NCBI GenBank assembly: GCA_016748015.1
Contig: JAAOMT010000134.1
Coordinates: forward strand, 440,757-504,756
Reading direction: 5' to 3'
Length of the DNA: 64,000 bases
DNA from: Geosiphon pyriformis uo1
Lineage: Eukaryota > Fungi > Glomeromycota
Below, piece by piece: positions 37,901 through 53,918 of this stretch (position 1 is the stretch's first letter; each line of letters opens with the position of its first letter). The notes under the pieces were generated by a model that was not told the origin of the DNA, did no database searches, and worked only from the letters and a program-made list of their open reading frames with translations. The translations under genes were made by a program, and so were the position numbers.

Positions 37901-40900
37901 CTGCCTTTCTCAGAACCAAATTGGTAAAGAAACAAACATCCAAATGTGCCTTAGCCAAGCTAGACTTTGAAAGACTCTCAGTCGACAAAAAGATACCGAG
38001 ATACTAATGAGATTCCCCTCTATAGACAATTGAAATTAGTGAACCACTAATAAAAAGAGACAGAACACCGATCCTGCAATTAATTGGAATGGTCACAGTT
38101 TTGTCATTATTAATTAAAATAGCATTGACTCTAAAAAATTCACTAGCAATGTCAAAAATGTGCTGAGTAGCAGCCTGACTACCACCAACCCAAATAGTAT
38201 TATCAACAAAAGCACCAGCAGCAAAAAAGAAAGAAAGTTTAGTCTGAGACTCAGTGCAACCACTTTTAAAAACAAAATAAAAATTGAGCCTATAACCATA
38301 TACACTCCCTTGACACTTGACTTCACACAAAAGAAGATCATAAAATATGCACCACAGCAGAGGAGAAAAAACTTCTCCTTGGTTCAACCCATTAAACACT
38401 CAGTAACCATCAATCAAACCAAAATCTGTCATGACATGGTTGGTTCGGTTCTTATAAATACTACCAAAAAAGCAAACAAATTTACTACACATTTTGATTC
38501 TAACCAAACCCCTCTCAAGATGCTCTCAGCCAACTAAATCATATGTTTTCTGCATGTTCTGTAGAACAAGCCAGAGTTCTTAGTTCTTTTTCAAAGCATT
38601 CTTGATTACCGAGCCAACTGCAAAAATAGGAGACTGAATTGTTATACCCTTTAAAACTGAAAAATTGTCACCACGCAGAACATCATAGGAGCTGCAAACC
38701 AGTGAGATCCTATCTGAAAGAATCTTGGAGAGAATCTTATGAGCTGTTTCAATTAAAGCAATATGATGAGTATTTGTGAAAACACCCTTCTACTCATAAG
38801 GTTTGAGAATCATCAAAACTCAAGCCTCTTTTCAAAGACCAAACACTGACTCACAAGACAAACAAGAATTCAAAAGAACCAAAAACAAACCCAAAACTGA
38901 CTTATCACAATATTTCCAAAGCTCATTAGAGATACCTGAGAGACCAGCAGCTTTTCTGTCAGACAAACTGGAAACCACACAATGCAATTCATCAAAATCA
39001 ATCTTACTCATTACTCTAGAAAAAACATCATTAAAAACGTAGTCCAAAGATCTGTATTAACAAGACCAAATATCAGAGATATTATTAACCACTACACGTT
39101 TCCTGGTCTATCCTTCCATAATAGCATCTACCTTGGACTTTACCAAATTAGGTTTAAGAACCAACTTATTATTCATAACCAAATGGTCCAAAACCACTTT
39201 GTGAAAGAGACACTCCAATACACTTCTAATTGTATAACCCTTATTCAGTTCAAAACTTTCCATTCTATTGTTAATAGCTTGCTTAATGTAAGATTCCTTA
39301 GTGTGCTTAGACTCCAACAATTTTGAAAAGCAGTATAACCTTCTCGCTTTGGCCAGAGCAGAACGAATGTCATCAAATTTAGCACCAGAATGGAACATAG
39401 ATTTTACCAACAACACACTAGCAGAGTCAAGGTTGTCTTATGTAATCAAAAGTGAAGCAAAACTGACACTAGAACTCAAATGAAAAGCCTTTACCAGCTT
39501 GGAAACCAACAGTTCCAGCTTGTGAAACCTAGATGATACCCTATTGTGAACCATATCAAAATCTTTGAACCATCTTTTTTTGAAAATACCACCAGCTAAG
39601 AGAACCATAATTTTGTGAATGACATCCCACATAGTACCAAGATCAGAAAATTTCACAGCTTCACTAAATGTACCTGAAAACATAGCAGCATTAGCAGCCG
39701 TAGCATCCTTAAACTCAAGCCATTTAGCCTCACTGGCATTTTTGACATCAAATTTCCAATGATCTTTATTCACTTGCTTGCAAAAAGAAAACAAGTGTGT
39801 ATTCAGCAAACCATCCAGGTCCAGAGATACAGACACAGCTTGGTGGTCTGTATCAAAATAATTACCAACATCTGAAACACTGTGATGTACCAAAAAATTG
39901 ACCAGACTTGGTGAAACAAACACATAATCAATAGTCTTCATGACACCTCTAGAGTTTGTCCAAGTAGACATCTTAACGGCTGGGCTTCTAATCAAAGAAT
40001 TAACCAACCCCAACTCAAGACACTTTTTAAAACTCGCACACTTCTGAGAACCATCTTCATTAAAATCACCACCAAAGATAACAAAAGAAAACTCATTAAC
40101 AGCCTTAACAATGAGAGAGTTGATCTCACCAGTCTGAGAAAACCAAACCACCAATGAAGCACCAGCATAGAACTTCAAAATAGACACTAAAAGTTTATTC
40201 TTGAAAAACAACCTAATGGATAGGAGCCAACCAGGCACTTCAAAGACCTTGCAGATGTGTTTAGCCAAAAAAGAATTCATGATGATCATCACACTAGCAC
40301 TTAGAGAACCAGAATCCAGACCAAAAGTAAAAACCTGAACACCATCAAATTTGTCGGCCAACCATGGGTGAACTCTCCTTTTAAGTTTTGACTCCATAAA
40401 AATAGAAACCAAATTGTTCATATCCTTGTGCCAACAAATAACATCATCTTGCTTTGCAGGATTGTTCAATCCACAAACATTGCACGTTGCAATTTTTTAT
40501 ACCAGACAACTCATTGAGAAAGAGATAGAGAAGGAGCACTACTTGCCAAAGCCAAACCATTTAAGTATGCTGAGAGACTCATAACCAAAGTAGAGAGACC
40601 TTCCAACATGTTTTCCAGTTTTACAATCTCAGGTGAGGCATTTGAACCCGAAACGGCAGCAGTCTTTTCACTAGTGGTTTCACTCAAACCCACTTCCATC
40701 ACTATATCCTCCCCTTGATTCTGTGATGGAGAAGTTACTGGCAGCTGACATCCAGGGCTAGGCTGGGAAACCGTTGGCACAAATGACTCCAATCTCTTAA
40801 CCAACTCACTAATTTGTTCTGTGAGGCTGACAAGACTGCTTTCAATATAAACTAGATGTGATTCTAAATCGTTCACTACAGGAGGGAAAGATTTACCATT

Positions 40901-42807
40901 TCTTAAGGAACCAAGTTGAGAATCGTAGCCAAGAAAACCACCCAAAGGAGAAAAGTCAGCCACTGATGCCCAAGTTTTCCCACCAAAAACCAAAGGGCAG
41001 AAGATAGGTGCTGATTTCTTTTCATAAATTTTTGCCAATCTAAATTAATCATAAGCCGAGAAAGAAGCCCTCTTGCTCTTGGAAATGGGAGAGACACCAA
41101 TTGATTTACAGAACAAAGAAGTATGGGCAAGAAAACCACAAGCAGAACACATAGGAGAAGACAAATATGACCAATGGAAACCAACACCCTTTATAACTGG
41201 CATAACAGCTACAGCCTGGTTCATATCTTCCTCTGAATTAAAACACACAGTAGCACAACATGTACGAGTGTAGTTGACAGAATTATGGTTGATGATACAT
41301 GTTTTCCTACCAACTGAAACAAAAAAATCTCACAAATCATGTGCATTTGTCTCTACAGAAAGAGTGTAGAATAATGCCTTGGATCTGTTTCTGGAGTTCC
41401 ATATTTGTTTGTCAATGTCAATTCTGGCCACATGAACTGCATCTTTCCTAATGAGAATAGACTACATAGATACCAAGAGATCAGTCTAATTCTGATCCTC
41501 CAATTCGACGAATGTCTTTTGCCACAAACCCACCAGTTGTATTTTGATCAACTTAATTATCCCAAATTCGGATACAGCAGTATGCACAGTCTCAATAAAA
41601 GTTCTTACAGAAATTTTTTTTAGCACAATTGCTCGATTCATATGATTGTAGCCAGGACGCTTGAGATCAGTGTTTATCACAACACTATGCTCATTTGCCA
41701 AATTCACCACAGCCATTATTGCCTTTTCAGAAATAAAAGTTGCATGGATAATACCACCAAATTTTGAAGGGGTAGAGGCCCCCCCAAAACCATTCACACC
41801 TGAAAAATTTTTTTGATAAAATTCAATTTTTTTTGAGAGAATTTCCCAGCAACAGCCACTAGATTGATATCCAAAGCGAAGGATTTGCGAACAGAAACCT
41901 GAACTAAAGGTTTGAGTGGAAGAAGAAATAAAAGGAGAGCAGACTTATCCAGAAAGTCACTATCATTAAAGCCGTCTTCAAAGTTGATTTTGCCCAGTGA
42001 TTTGTCCAATACTTTCTTGGTCTTAATTTTGAGACCTGAGCTCTTTGGTGTTTGGTTGGAGTCTTCACCATCAAAGATATTCCTTTCTTCATAATCGATA
42101 CTGGTCTTTTTAACAAGGCACTTTTCTTCTATGTTAATACTTTCAGACTCAGTAGTGTTACCAATCTCAGAAATCTGTGAATGATTATCAGTTGTTTTAA
42201 TAACACCTCTTCCTACCAAAACATTCTTAGCCAAAACACCACACTTCCTTTTTTTTCTTGACAGAACAGGTCTAAAACCATTATCAGCACCAGAATTTTT
42301 TGCAACCTTCTTTATAACAGCAATAGTAGGGCTGACAGTAGTCTCGAAATCAAAAAATAGTTTGGATTTGTCATATTGAATGGTTAAAAACTTCTTTCAA
42401 AAAAACTTATAATACTCTTTTTGGGAATTTTGGACGAAGGAGAGAAAGAAATTTTTAATTATTATTATTTAATAATACATAATAATAATTATTTTACTTA
42501 TATATAATTTTTTAATTTGTATAAATTAATTTTGTTAATATTAAATTTTATTATATATATAATTAATATTTTTAAATATATTTACTTTGAAATTTTTTAA
42601 AAGATTATTTAAAATATTAATATTATATGTATTAATTATTTGTTATTATATAATTAACTATTTTATTTTTAAATATTAATTATTAATTTAATTAAAAATT
42701 TTACAAATTTAATTCATTTTTTTGATTAAATTTTTCTTTTGATTACTTTTATTATTTCCAATAGTTTTTTCCTTTGTTATCTATTGATTTATTACTCAAA
42801 CTCGTAA

Positions 42808-43517
42808 GGAGACGAACATATATCACGTCATTATGAAAGGGGGGAGGGGGGGAATTCAAAATCTCATGTCTCACATGATTTTATATGGCATGTGATTTTG
42901 GATTTTTATTAGCCAATTAGATTATAGAAATGCAGTCTAATTTATGATACATAAATTGAACTTTTAGTATGCTGGATTTCCTGTGTTTACCATACGACTA
43001 TATCCAAATGCATTGCAAAATCTCTGGTGTTGATTTATGGGAGTTTTATAAATATAAAACTTGTTGTATTGCGGTGTAGTTAGGAAATCTTGCATATTAG
43101 GAGAGTTTAGCAATAAATGAAATCAAAAATACAATATCAAAGACGCGATAGATCAGGAAATAAAAGGCGCGAATAAAAGATGCACTAGATCAGGAAATAA
43201 AAGACGCGCTAGATCAGGAGATAAAAGACATGTTAGATTAGACACAAATTCGTGGTCATTTTTATATAAATAGGACAATGCGATAAGTTGAGATGTTTAG
43301 GCTAGTATATTTTTATAATAATTTCGATCATAAGTTTGATCATATTTATTATACAAGTTTGATCATATTATGCCATATATTTATAGTGCATGTATTTATA
43401 ATTGTGCATCATGCATAGCATATTATTATAATGTGAGATGGAATGTCTGATTGCATATCTCACCAGGGGGGGGGGGTCCTATAGTAATCAATAATGACGT
43501 GATATATGTTCGTCCCC
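42808..43517. mobile_element. PIF/Harbinger (Tourist-like) MITE, 710 bp
   Basis: 27-bp TIRs GGAGACGAACATATATCACGTCATTAT (42808-42834) and ATAATGACGTGATATATGTTCGTCCCC (43491-43517), 1 mismatch. TAA on both flanks. No ORF. Internal ~24-bp repeats at 43140-43240. Confidence 0.88.
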
Positions 43518-44452
43518 TAATAATATAGTTTAAATTCAAAATAATTTGTATAAATTAAAAGTTTTAATATTATAAAAACATATTTTTTTTTTAAATTATA
43601 ATTTTATTTTATTGGTTGCTAAAACTTTTATATTTTATTAAACATCCTATTTTCTATAATTTTCAATATTGAAATATTATTTTCAAAATTAAATGATCTT
43701 TATATTTATATTATATACAGTTATTTTGCATCTTGTAAAGTCTTTATTATTTTTTTCACAAAATTGTTTACTGGGTTAGACTTTAACTTACACAGCTTCG
43801 AGAAAAAATTGAATAACAGCTATTTTCGAAGCTGTAAGCCTAACAACTTATGTTTAAAAGCCTTTTAACACAGCTGTTATCATATTAAACTGTAACTAAC
43901 CAAAAGTTTTGAACCTGTATAAAAGCAGATGGTAAATAGTTTCATTTAGAAAATCACTTGACAAATCAGAATAATAATAGTAAAATCAATTAAATAATCA
44001 ATAAAATAACTTCATTTGATTAGCATTTCTTATTAGGCATAATTTAACTACATTTTTATTGATAACTATATTGGTTTTCATTATAATATTTTTTTACATT
44101 ACCATAAATTCTGGAAAGACCTAAATTGTATCTTAACGTTTTTGCATCAGGAATATAAATATACCCCACCGTACATTCTATAAAATTCACACAAAGTTTA
44201 ACCATCTTTGCCAATAACATTTTGAATCAGGTCTCAAATTAAGTTTTCCGATATCAATATGATTGATTTCAATCATCAATCATAGCTCTAACTCAGTGAA
44301 CTTTCTCAACCTTAAGTTTCAGTATTTATTGAATCGCATGATTGCAAAAAAGAATTAAAATCAGATTTCATCTCACAAGTACTAACACCTCAAAACCAAA
44401 GAACTTGAACACCAGGTCATCTCAATCGGATACGGTTTTTTCAAATCGAAAA

Positions 44453-47400
44453 ATGGAACTTCTCCAAAATCGACTTCATCATTTACTAAGGAATGCCAGT
44501 TTATTGGTAGAATCTGCCAAAGAGGAACATCATAGTAACAACAATAACCAGATGATGGATATTGAACAGAGGCTGATTCTCAGACTAGAGAATTATGATA
44601 AATTTGCAAAAAAGGATAATCTTATAGAGATTGACTCTACAAATTTTAATACAGAAATCACAAGGGAAAGTTCGCAAACTGAGAAACAATCAATCGCAAA
44701 AACTAACATGCAAAGATCTGTGAAAACAGAATTTGTTAGCAAATGTTTGAATACGTTAACACATTTGCAAAACACCTTGCAAGATATTAATGATTTGAAA
44801 GGTAGATGACCCAGAATATACTCATTATCAAATCTGAAATACATCTTGGAATGATCAAAAGATTTACATCAATTTAAATGTGATCTTTTATAGGAAGTGA
44901 TAATGGAGACGCTAGAGAGCTTCTAGGTGTAAGAGATCTGAGACTTGTTTACACCATGCTAGAAATTGTAACCAGTTGGGGAATCTATCCGTTACTAATG
45001 CCGGGTGTTGGCATCCCAATTTCTCAACGAAGCAGATCTGGATTCATGCAAAATGGTATGGGTTTAAATTATCAATTATATCCCTAGAGTCATTTGCGCT
45101 TGACTGAAAGCTTTATTTCATAGACTTATTTAATGATCTCAAAACTGAGAACCAACAAGAATATGGTGAAAATGTTTCAACGATACCACAGTTACTCCTT
45201 GTAAAATATAATCAATTGTTCCACCTCATGCGAACATTGTCCAAGATCGCTCTTTCTCCTCAATCTGCAAATACCTGCATCTATACCACCGTTTCTTCTA
45301 TAATATTCACGCGGTATCTTACAGATATGTATGCGGGATTATTACAATTGGCGTATGGACCCATTCCAACAAATTTATCAAACCACATCGAAAATCAACA
45401 AATTACTGGTAATTTGGTCAGAGTTCTAGACGATTCTACGCAAGATTGCAAATTTCATCCGTTTATGGACGTTTTTGATTCCAAAATTCGAGAGGAGAGC
45501 TTAGCACAGTTTCGTCAGGTTTTTGAGAGGTGAGAAAGTCTATGACTATTATCTCTGTCATGGAATCGGTAATAAAGGTAATCTTCTATTATCATAGAGC
45601 CAATGTGTATCGATCATTGGAATCACTAATGATGTTGTTGGGAGCATCACCACTTCATCCTGTCCCCAATTGGTTGAAAAGTGTATGTGGCCAATTGCTT
45701 ACATATCGATTACTACAACCTGGTGGAGTGCAACAAGTCATTGATTATATGATTGGAGGAGAGACTCAAGGTCTTGCTATTTTTCGTATAGATATTTTTT
45801 TGAAGATCACTTTCAATAGAATGAAACAAAGGGATGCTAACATGAATATTACTTATTCCAGTAAGCTTATCAAAACTAGAATCAATATCTAGATTATTGT
45901 TATCGGTGCCGAATCAAATTGGATCTCCCGAGGTAAGGACTTTATTGATAAATGAATGGGGTGTTTATTTTAATGTAAAAAATCATGAAACTCATAATAC
46001 ATCACGAAACCCTTTGAAAAGGAATATTTTTCAAAGCTATGTCCCCAACTTCTTTCAATCCTTCAATCAACACGAGATTCCTCTGTTACCTCATCTGATG
46101 CTAATATTGGAAAATTGGAAAAGTCACCATCGATCCAAGTCGCAGCGTTCACCATCGTCAGGTTGAATGCCAAGGATCCATCCTTGACACGCAAATTAGT
46201 CGTCGACAAGTTATTCAAGAATTTATGCAAATGGTGGAGTGGTCTTGATGAGGATAAATATTCCGATATAATTGATCAGCAATTTTCTCCAGGTGATCGC
46301 GACGATGAAATAGTATCTTTGAAGATATCAAATCTTTCGATGGATCCAACGGTGATTGACGAAATTACACTTCAATCTACCATTACAGTCGTACATCGAG
46401 TTTTAGTGGGTAGTGAACCTTCGCCTGATTTATTACAAAATTTTTTGGAGGATGCGATTGCTCCACTTTATCACTTTTATTCGCTCTCGATTGTCTCAAA
46501 GTCGTATTTGCGAGAACCTGTGTTTGATATATTATTGGCCTATTTCAGAATAGTGACAAACTCGGATGGAGTTGAGGCCTTGAAAGAAATTGTTTTTCGT
46601 AAAAGTAAGAGACACCCAATAGAGCCTAGGGAGATTGGTGAAGTAGGTGAAATTTATTTTGCACCAGGTCCTTCGGGAGGTATAGTTATGCGTGTAAGGT
46701 CGTGAGTATCCAGTCTTTAGATTCTTCCCAATTCCTAGATGATTCCATTTTATACTCTTCACTTAGAACAAAACAACAGGTATCTGAACCTACCACCAGT
46801 ATCGACGTCTATCGATTCATTGAATTCATGAAAACCCTCACAGATAATGAACTGACCGGCGAATTTTTCATGTATTTACTGAATGAGTATACTGCAGTCA
46901 AAGCCAGTATTGATCCCACGAATGATTCAAAACGGTAAGAATTATTATTCCGGAGCTTAGGGACAAAGGATTGTTTCCAGATTACCAGATTTTTTGCTCA
47001 TCATTTTCTAGGGTGTTAACAGTCATTCACCTTGTGCTAGAAATGACCGAAACTTTTGGTTCTAGTATTCTTCAAAAACCAGGCCAAGTGATTGCATTTG
47101 TGAACAATTTTTTAGAAAATTATCAAGCTAGGCCGAATTCCGCAAAGGCTCAAAAAGAAAGGAGGGCGAAATTTGGTTTGAGTGCTCTGGGTAATATCGT
47201 TGAGGAGAAAGAGTCATTTGATGAGTCGGATGAAAATCAAAAAGATGATAATGAGACATTGGTATTGACATTAACCGTCTTGACGTCTCTACTGGCCGGT
47301 AAACTTTTTTCTCATTAGAAAACTATAGATCAAAATATGATCCTTGCTAAATGATAGCTTTGGTCTTCTGTAGAGCATCAGACACTTTCCAAACAAGATA

Positions 47401-48600
47401 TGCATATTCTAAATCTTGTGTTTGCAAATCTTGACAAATGCGCGAAGCACAACTCGACTGAAATTCGTCAGATGGCACATGATTTACGTATAATGATCTC
47501 TGTTCGAAATGCTGCTCAAGCATCATCTGGCATCCAGCATGCTCACAAATCACAGCGGGAGGAGTCAATTGGAAAATACCAAGAAGCAATGGAAGCTTTA
47601 CAAGATGATATTTTGCCGGTGCGAGCTCGAGGGCTTGTCATTCTGAAAGAAATGATTCTTGCCAAAGATCCTTTCATAAATGAAGGTGATAATATCGGGA
47701 AAATCTTGGATATCTTCGTGCAAATGGTTCGGGATGAAGAAAGGTAAGCAGATGACTGCATAAATATTTGCCTAAGATTGTTTGAAATTGATAATATATA
47801 TATTTTGAATAGCTTTATATATTTGACTGCTGTTCGAGGTTTATCCTCTCTTTCAGACGTGTATGGAGAAATCATTATGCAAAAATTAATGGAGCTCTAC
47901 AATAATCCGAATGAGAACGTCGACCATCGGTTACGCATTGGTGAAGCGATATTACAAACGATACAACGATGTGGTGAAGCACTTGGAAAGTATAGTGAGT
48001 ATGGATCTAAGAAGTGAAATCAGATAAAACCACAAACTTTATAAAATATACTAATTTGTCAAGTTTGGGATCGATGAAAAGTTGCGACCTTGTTGCCACC
48101 TCTTTTCCACGTGCTTGACAAAGAAACCAACTCACATTTACGTGTCTCGGCGTTATCGATTATTGGCACCGCATGTGAAACGTCACCTTTTGCCTTGTCT
48201 ATGTGGTTTGAAGACGTGGTGGGATGGACATTGAATATAATAAATATCGAGAAAATAGTCGAGATTCGACGAGGTTAGTAGTTTGGTGTTCATGCCTTCT
48301 TTTTATTGAGAAATAATAGATATCTTCACATTCATAGCCTCTATCGTATTGTTCATATCATTGTTTCGTGCGTTGGCTGTGGAGACACTCCACCAAATCC
48401 CGGGAGATTTCTTGAAACGTGCCTATCGCACTTTACGATACGTCGAGGAGACCGACCAAGATGATTTGACGCGACATTATTCAAGAGTCGCTCGTAGTGA
48501 TTTGGATGTGATTGTTAGAAATGCTATGTCTGTCGATAATAATGAAAATAGTGTTTCTAATGATTCAACAGGATCGATTTTGTTTTTAGAAAGAAAATAA
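44453..48600 (+). CDS. RTP1: RNA polymerase II assembly/nuclear import factor Rtp1 / TANGO6 homologue (multi-exon ARM/HEAT protein)
   Basis: PNWLKSVCGQLLTYRLLQPGGV, EALQDDILPVRARGL, DEESFIYLTAVRGL, DHRLRIGEAILQ, LRVSALSIIG and VEIRR motifs; about 11 short GT-AG introns. Confidence 0.85.
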
Positions 48601-49361
48601 GCCTTGGATTTTTGGATTTCAAAGATATTTGCCAATTCCACAATGAAATATTTTGGTGTTTATTTTTAAATAATTAAAAATCGTTTAGTTCAAGGCAGGT
48701 TTGAGAAGCCTTTCTGATTTTTATATTCTTAAACCTAACTTCATTACTAAGGAGAAATATTTTGAATAAATTAATCTACAATTGTTCTAAGACATTGTGA
48801 ATTTAGTTTTCTAATAATAGCTCCAATATTAAAACAATGCATCAACTATCTAATTAAACGTTTAAACTCGAAGGATCCACTGAATGATCTACTTTCAACA
48901 CTTGAGAATGATATTTGATATAATAGAAACAAAGAAAATAGATTAGTTATCATCATAAACCGATGAAACATGGCCAGAAAACAAAATATGATATTCATGT
49001 TTTTTTGCTCAGGCATTGAAAATTAGGTAGCTGACTAGTTGACGTCATGTACATACAAACGAAGTGAGTGTAAACCATCTCGCATCATTTGCAGTATACA
49101 GCCAAATGCCAAAATCATCATTGAAACAGCTAATATCGGATATTTTTTCTACAAGATCTAGATTATGAACTGTAAGGCTGTAGTTACCTGTCTTTTTTTT
49201 TACCAGTTTTAGTTGTGGATAGAAGTTTATAATTAAGAAATAAGCTCTGGGAAAAAAAATTTATTTGAAAATAAAAAAGACAAGTTTACGTTAAATGTGA
49301 AAAAAAAATTTTCCACCGTTGGATTTTATTAATGAGATCCATTTTGAAAATCAGGTGATAA

Positions 49362-50640
<1,279 letters not shown>

Positions 50641-51119
50641 GCGTATATACAAAGAAAGAATAAGGAACGAAAGGTGTATTTAAAAAATAAGCCTTTTGAG
50701 ATTAGGAGTTAATCCTAACACATAGCCGGAAATCGCGGAACAGTGGGCGGATCTCAACATGTATTTATTTCGTAGCGTGATCCTATATTTTTAAAATTTA
50801 ATGAAGGAATTCTTTCATTCTCTAAAACATCCCGCACATTGTCACGGAAATTATTCTCGGGATTGTTTTTGTTAAGTTTTTTATGATCAATAAAATTTTT
50901 AATTTACAAAAATGTAAGTGATTTCTTGGAATAGAGGTTGTTGAGTTCCTCTTTCAGTGGTACTTGCCTACATTTTAACTAGAGGTCACTTTACCCGTGC
51001 CAAATTCACAATAAATAAAATTTTTGGGAATTTCAAAGAATTCTCTACCATTATTACGAAGGAAACTTGAACCAAAAATGCTCAGCTTAAATTTTCGCCA
51101 TATGATTGTCTCTGTTCTT

Positions 51120-53918
51120 TCAACAATCGTCTTCCATGACGACCGCCATAACGGAGTTTTTATCTTTCGCCTCACCATTTTCATGAGACGTGAAAGTAGG
51201 AGCTGCTTTAGGATCTAACAATTTATCTAACAAAAATTTCAAATCAAGGCCCACCTCACGCAGCTTTAAAAAGTGAAGTATCAGGGTCAGTTCTCAAAAA
51301 GAAAGCGAAAAATAAAAAGCGCAAAATACTCTAGAAAGTTCTTACAATATTACAATGATCTTTATTTATTTTCAAGCATTCATGAACAGTTCGTTCATCT
51401 AAGTCTTGCATGCTGTATACCTGTCGTCGAAACATACCGGCGTAATGAACCATTTCTTCTTTGGCCCATTTTACGAGACCTATCAAGAAATTTTCAAAGT
51501 GGGGAGTAATCATTCAAAATTAAGACTTTTAACACTTAATTACAAGTTTCCAAGAGTATAGAAATTTTACCAGAAGCCATTCGCATGTCTCTGAATGCTG
51601 CGTTATACCAATCACAAGTATTTTTGACCAAATGAAAATACACTAATGATAATTCATTAATATATTTTGGTATGTCACCTTCGAATTTTAGTTGCCTGCA
51701 AACAAAATTTATTAGACTGGGTAAATTTTAAAGTTCAAAATTTGAGAGGAGTAATATACTTGGTTTGTATTCGAATAATTTCGCTCCTTGCTCCCAAAAA
51801 CATTTGTCGGGCCTGTGATGATATGATTTCAAATTTACTTGGAAGGTGAATACAAAATAATACTTTTTTCTAAAGCAAGATATAATTAAATTACCTGTTC
51901 ACCATAACCAAGACGTAAGAGCCATCTGACACTTTTCTGTACCTGTGATTTTTTTATATTGGGATTTGTCAGATCGCGACTGATAGCTGTGGATAACCTT
52001 ATAACCCTTTCTTCCATTTTACGACGAATAGCATCAACTTTTGAGGGTTCAACAGATAAATTACTAAGAGCAGCCTTTGCTAATGTTAAGCAAGAATTTC
52101 AATTAGTAATTTTTGCAGCTTAGGGGGAATTAAATTCTTAACAAACCTCGCTCAATGTTTTCCACAGCATCGTCATACTCTCTTTGAGCAATATTTACAT
52201 CTAATTGATCAGCCAAGTCAGCTAGCTCTCGAGAATTAACAATTGAAACTTCCTTCGATGTAACAATAGGCGTTCTCGGAGTACCAGCACCCAACAAAGG
52301 TGAAGCTGGACTGCGACTTCTTTTTGGTATGCTTCGTAAAAGAGGGGAAAGTTGTTGGTTTTGCTGTGAGCCAGCGAATATAATTAGCAAGAAAATTTTT
52401 TAATTCAGTACATGAAGGCCTTGGTACTTTGATACTTACAACACTTATAATCGAGTCTAGCAATAATAAAAATGGTTATTTTTTTGATAAATACAAGTCA
52501 TTCATTTAAATCATGCCATTGGAGATAGCCTCTCTTACTTAAATCTGAAACAAATTCGCACCAGTGTTCCTTGCTTGATCGAGCCCATTTGCTTTTACTA
52601 CCATCATAACTTCAGCCGCACGTCGAGTCATACTAATTAAGTTCTTTTTTTCTTCCGGTTTATCTGCTTTGTAAACAAATGTATCTATGGGGTGTTTAAG
52701 GATCTTGATCAAATTTTGATTTTCTAAAAAAATGAACTGGAGATCAGATTGGTTGAAAAAGGTGATTCAAAATTTCGGGTTTTAAAAAAAAACGTACCAT
52801 TTGTATCCTTCATGTCAATCAAAGTAATTTCATTCAACCCCCAGCAGCGTTCTGCTATAAGTTTAACCCTCAAAGACATTGCTCGTTTCTTCTTGACAGC
52901 GACAAGCAAACAATCGTTCAATAAAAACATTTGAACACCTTGCTTTGGTTTGTTAGTAGTAGGATTGACCTCAACAAAGCTAGAACTCTCTCGAATAATG
53001 TGTCGCCCAGGCTCAAACGGTACAAGTCTCTGAAAAAAAAGAGTTTGAATAATAATAAAATCAAGAGGAAATATTGTGGGTTATTTTCAACCTGTGCTCC
53101 CTCAACCCCTTCCCATAGAGCTTGAATTTGTGCTTTCCATATTGATTGTAAATCAGCTGCGTTATTTGAGACAGGTTTTCGTCCTCTCGGTATTATTGGA
53201 TCCGATGTCACGGTAGTGACTGAATAAAATTATTATTCGTGAGATCCCAAATCCATAAGAAATGGATATTTGAAATTTTAAACCCACCAGTATCAACCGT
53301 AGTGGGATCTGTATTACTATCCTCACGTAAATTTTCACTCACGTTGCGCAATTGATTGAGCAATCCACGCAGCACAAACATGTCACTTTCCAACTGTAAC
53401 GTTGCCAGGTCAACGATAACAAAAAGAATATTTATTATTTTTTGATGCAGCAACGAATTGAAAATTTTGTCAAAAAATAGGTTCTTTGAGTAAGGATATT
53501 TGATATTTCTTTGGAGATAGTGACAAACTCGTTATAATTCTTATAAACGTTTCTTTGTAAATCACTAGCAGCTAATTCCTTTGATTCTCGCAGAGTTTCA
53601 TAAAACGTTCTGACCCCTTCTTCATTTGCGTTTGCTAAAGTCTTTTGTATATCTGGCCAAGCATAGGATCAAATAGATATTATTTAATCAAAAAGCCTTA
53701 TCATTTCGATTTTACTCAGGCTATCAAGGAACAAATGGCTTGCACTCAAAAACTAGAGCTAACATACATGCTTCCGGTTTGAACTCATCACCAGCAAACT
53801 CCACAATATCTACTGCGGGAGTTTCACCAGCTCTCACTTCATCCTCCATTGATGGAACCCCACTATTAGCACCATTTTTCCTTATGTCTAAATGTTTCTG
53901 TAGAGTACTACGATGCAT
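51120..53918 (-). CDS. EXO84: Exocyst component Exo84 (EXOC8)
   Basis: Vps51-like DLQRNVYKNYNEFVTISKEISKLESDM; PH domain FLLNDCLLVA...ERCWGLNEI; C-terminal VKWAKEE...FRRQV...LREVGLDL. Start codon is tentative. Confidence 0.88.
53396..53499 (-). other. U12-type (minor spliceosome) AT-AC intron in EXO84, 104 nt
   Basis: 5' end ATATCCTTA, branch-like ATCGTTGAC, 3' end GTTAC. Removal restores SKEIS-K-LESDM in frame. No GT donor is available at this position. Confidence 0.85.

Larger units (their letters stand above)
25545..42450 (-). mobile_element. Degenerate non-LTR retrotransposon (LINE-A): ORF1 RRM + Zn knuckle; ORF2 APE-RT-RNase H-CCHC. Interrupted by Ty3/Gypsy at 27727-37900
   Basis: APE motifs GGDFN, TIDYVFV and DTDHQAV; RT motifs GLNQGEVFSP and AFVDNT; RNase H motifs VYTDGS and DSQAAL; C-terminal CLYC...H. 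Many in-frame stops. The reading frame rejoins across the LTR insertion (LRKA/VLDKQF). Confidence 0.93.
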
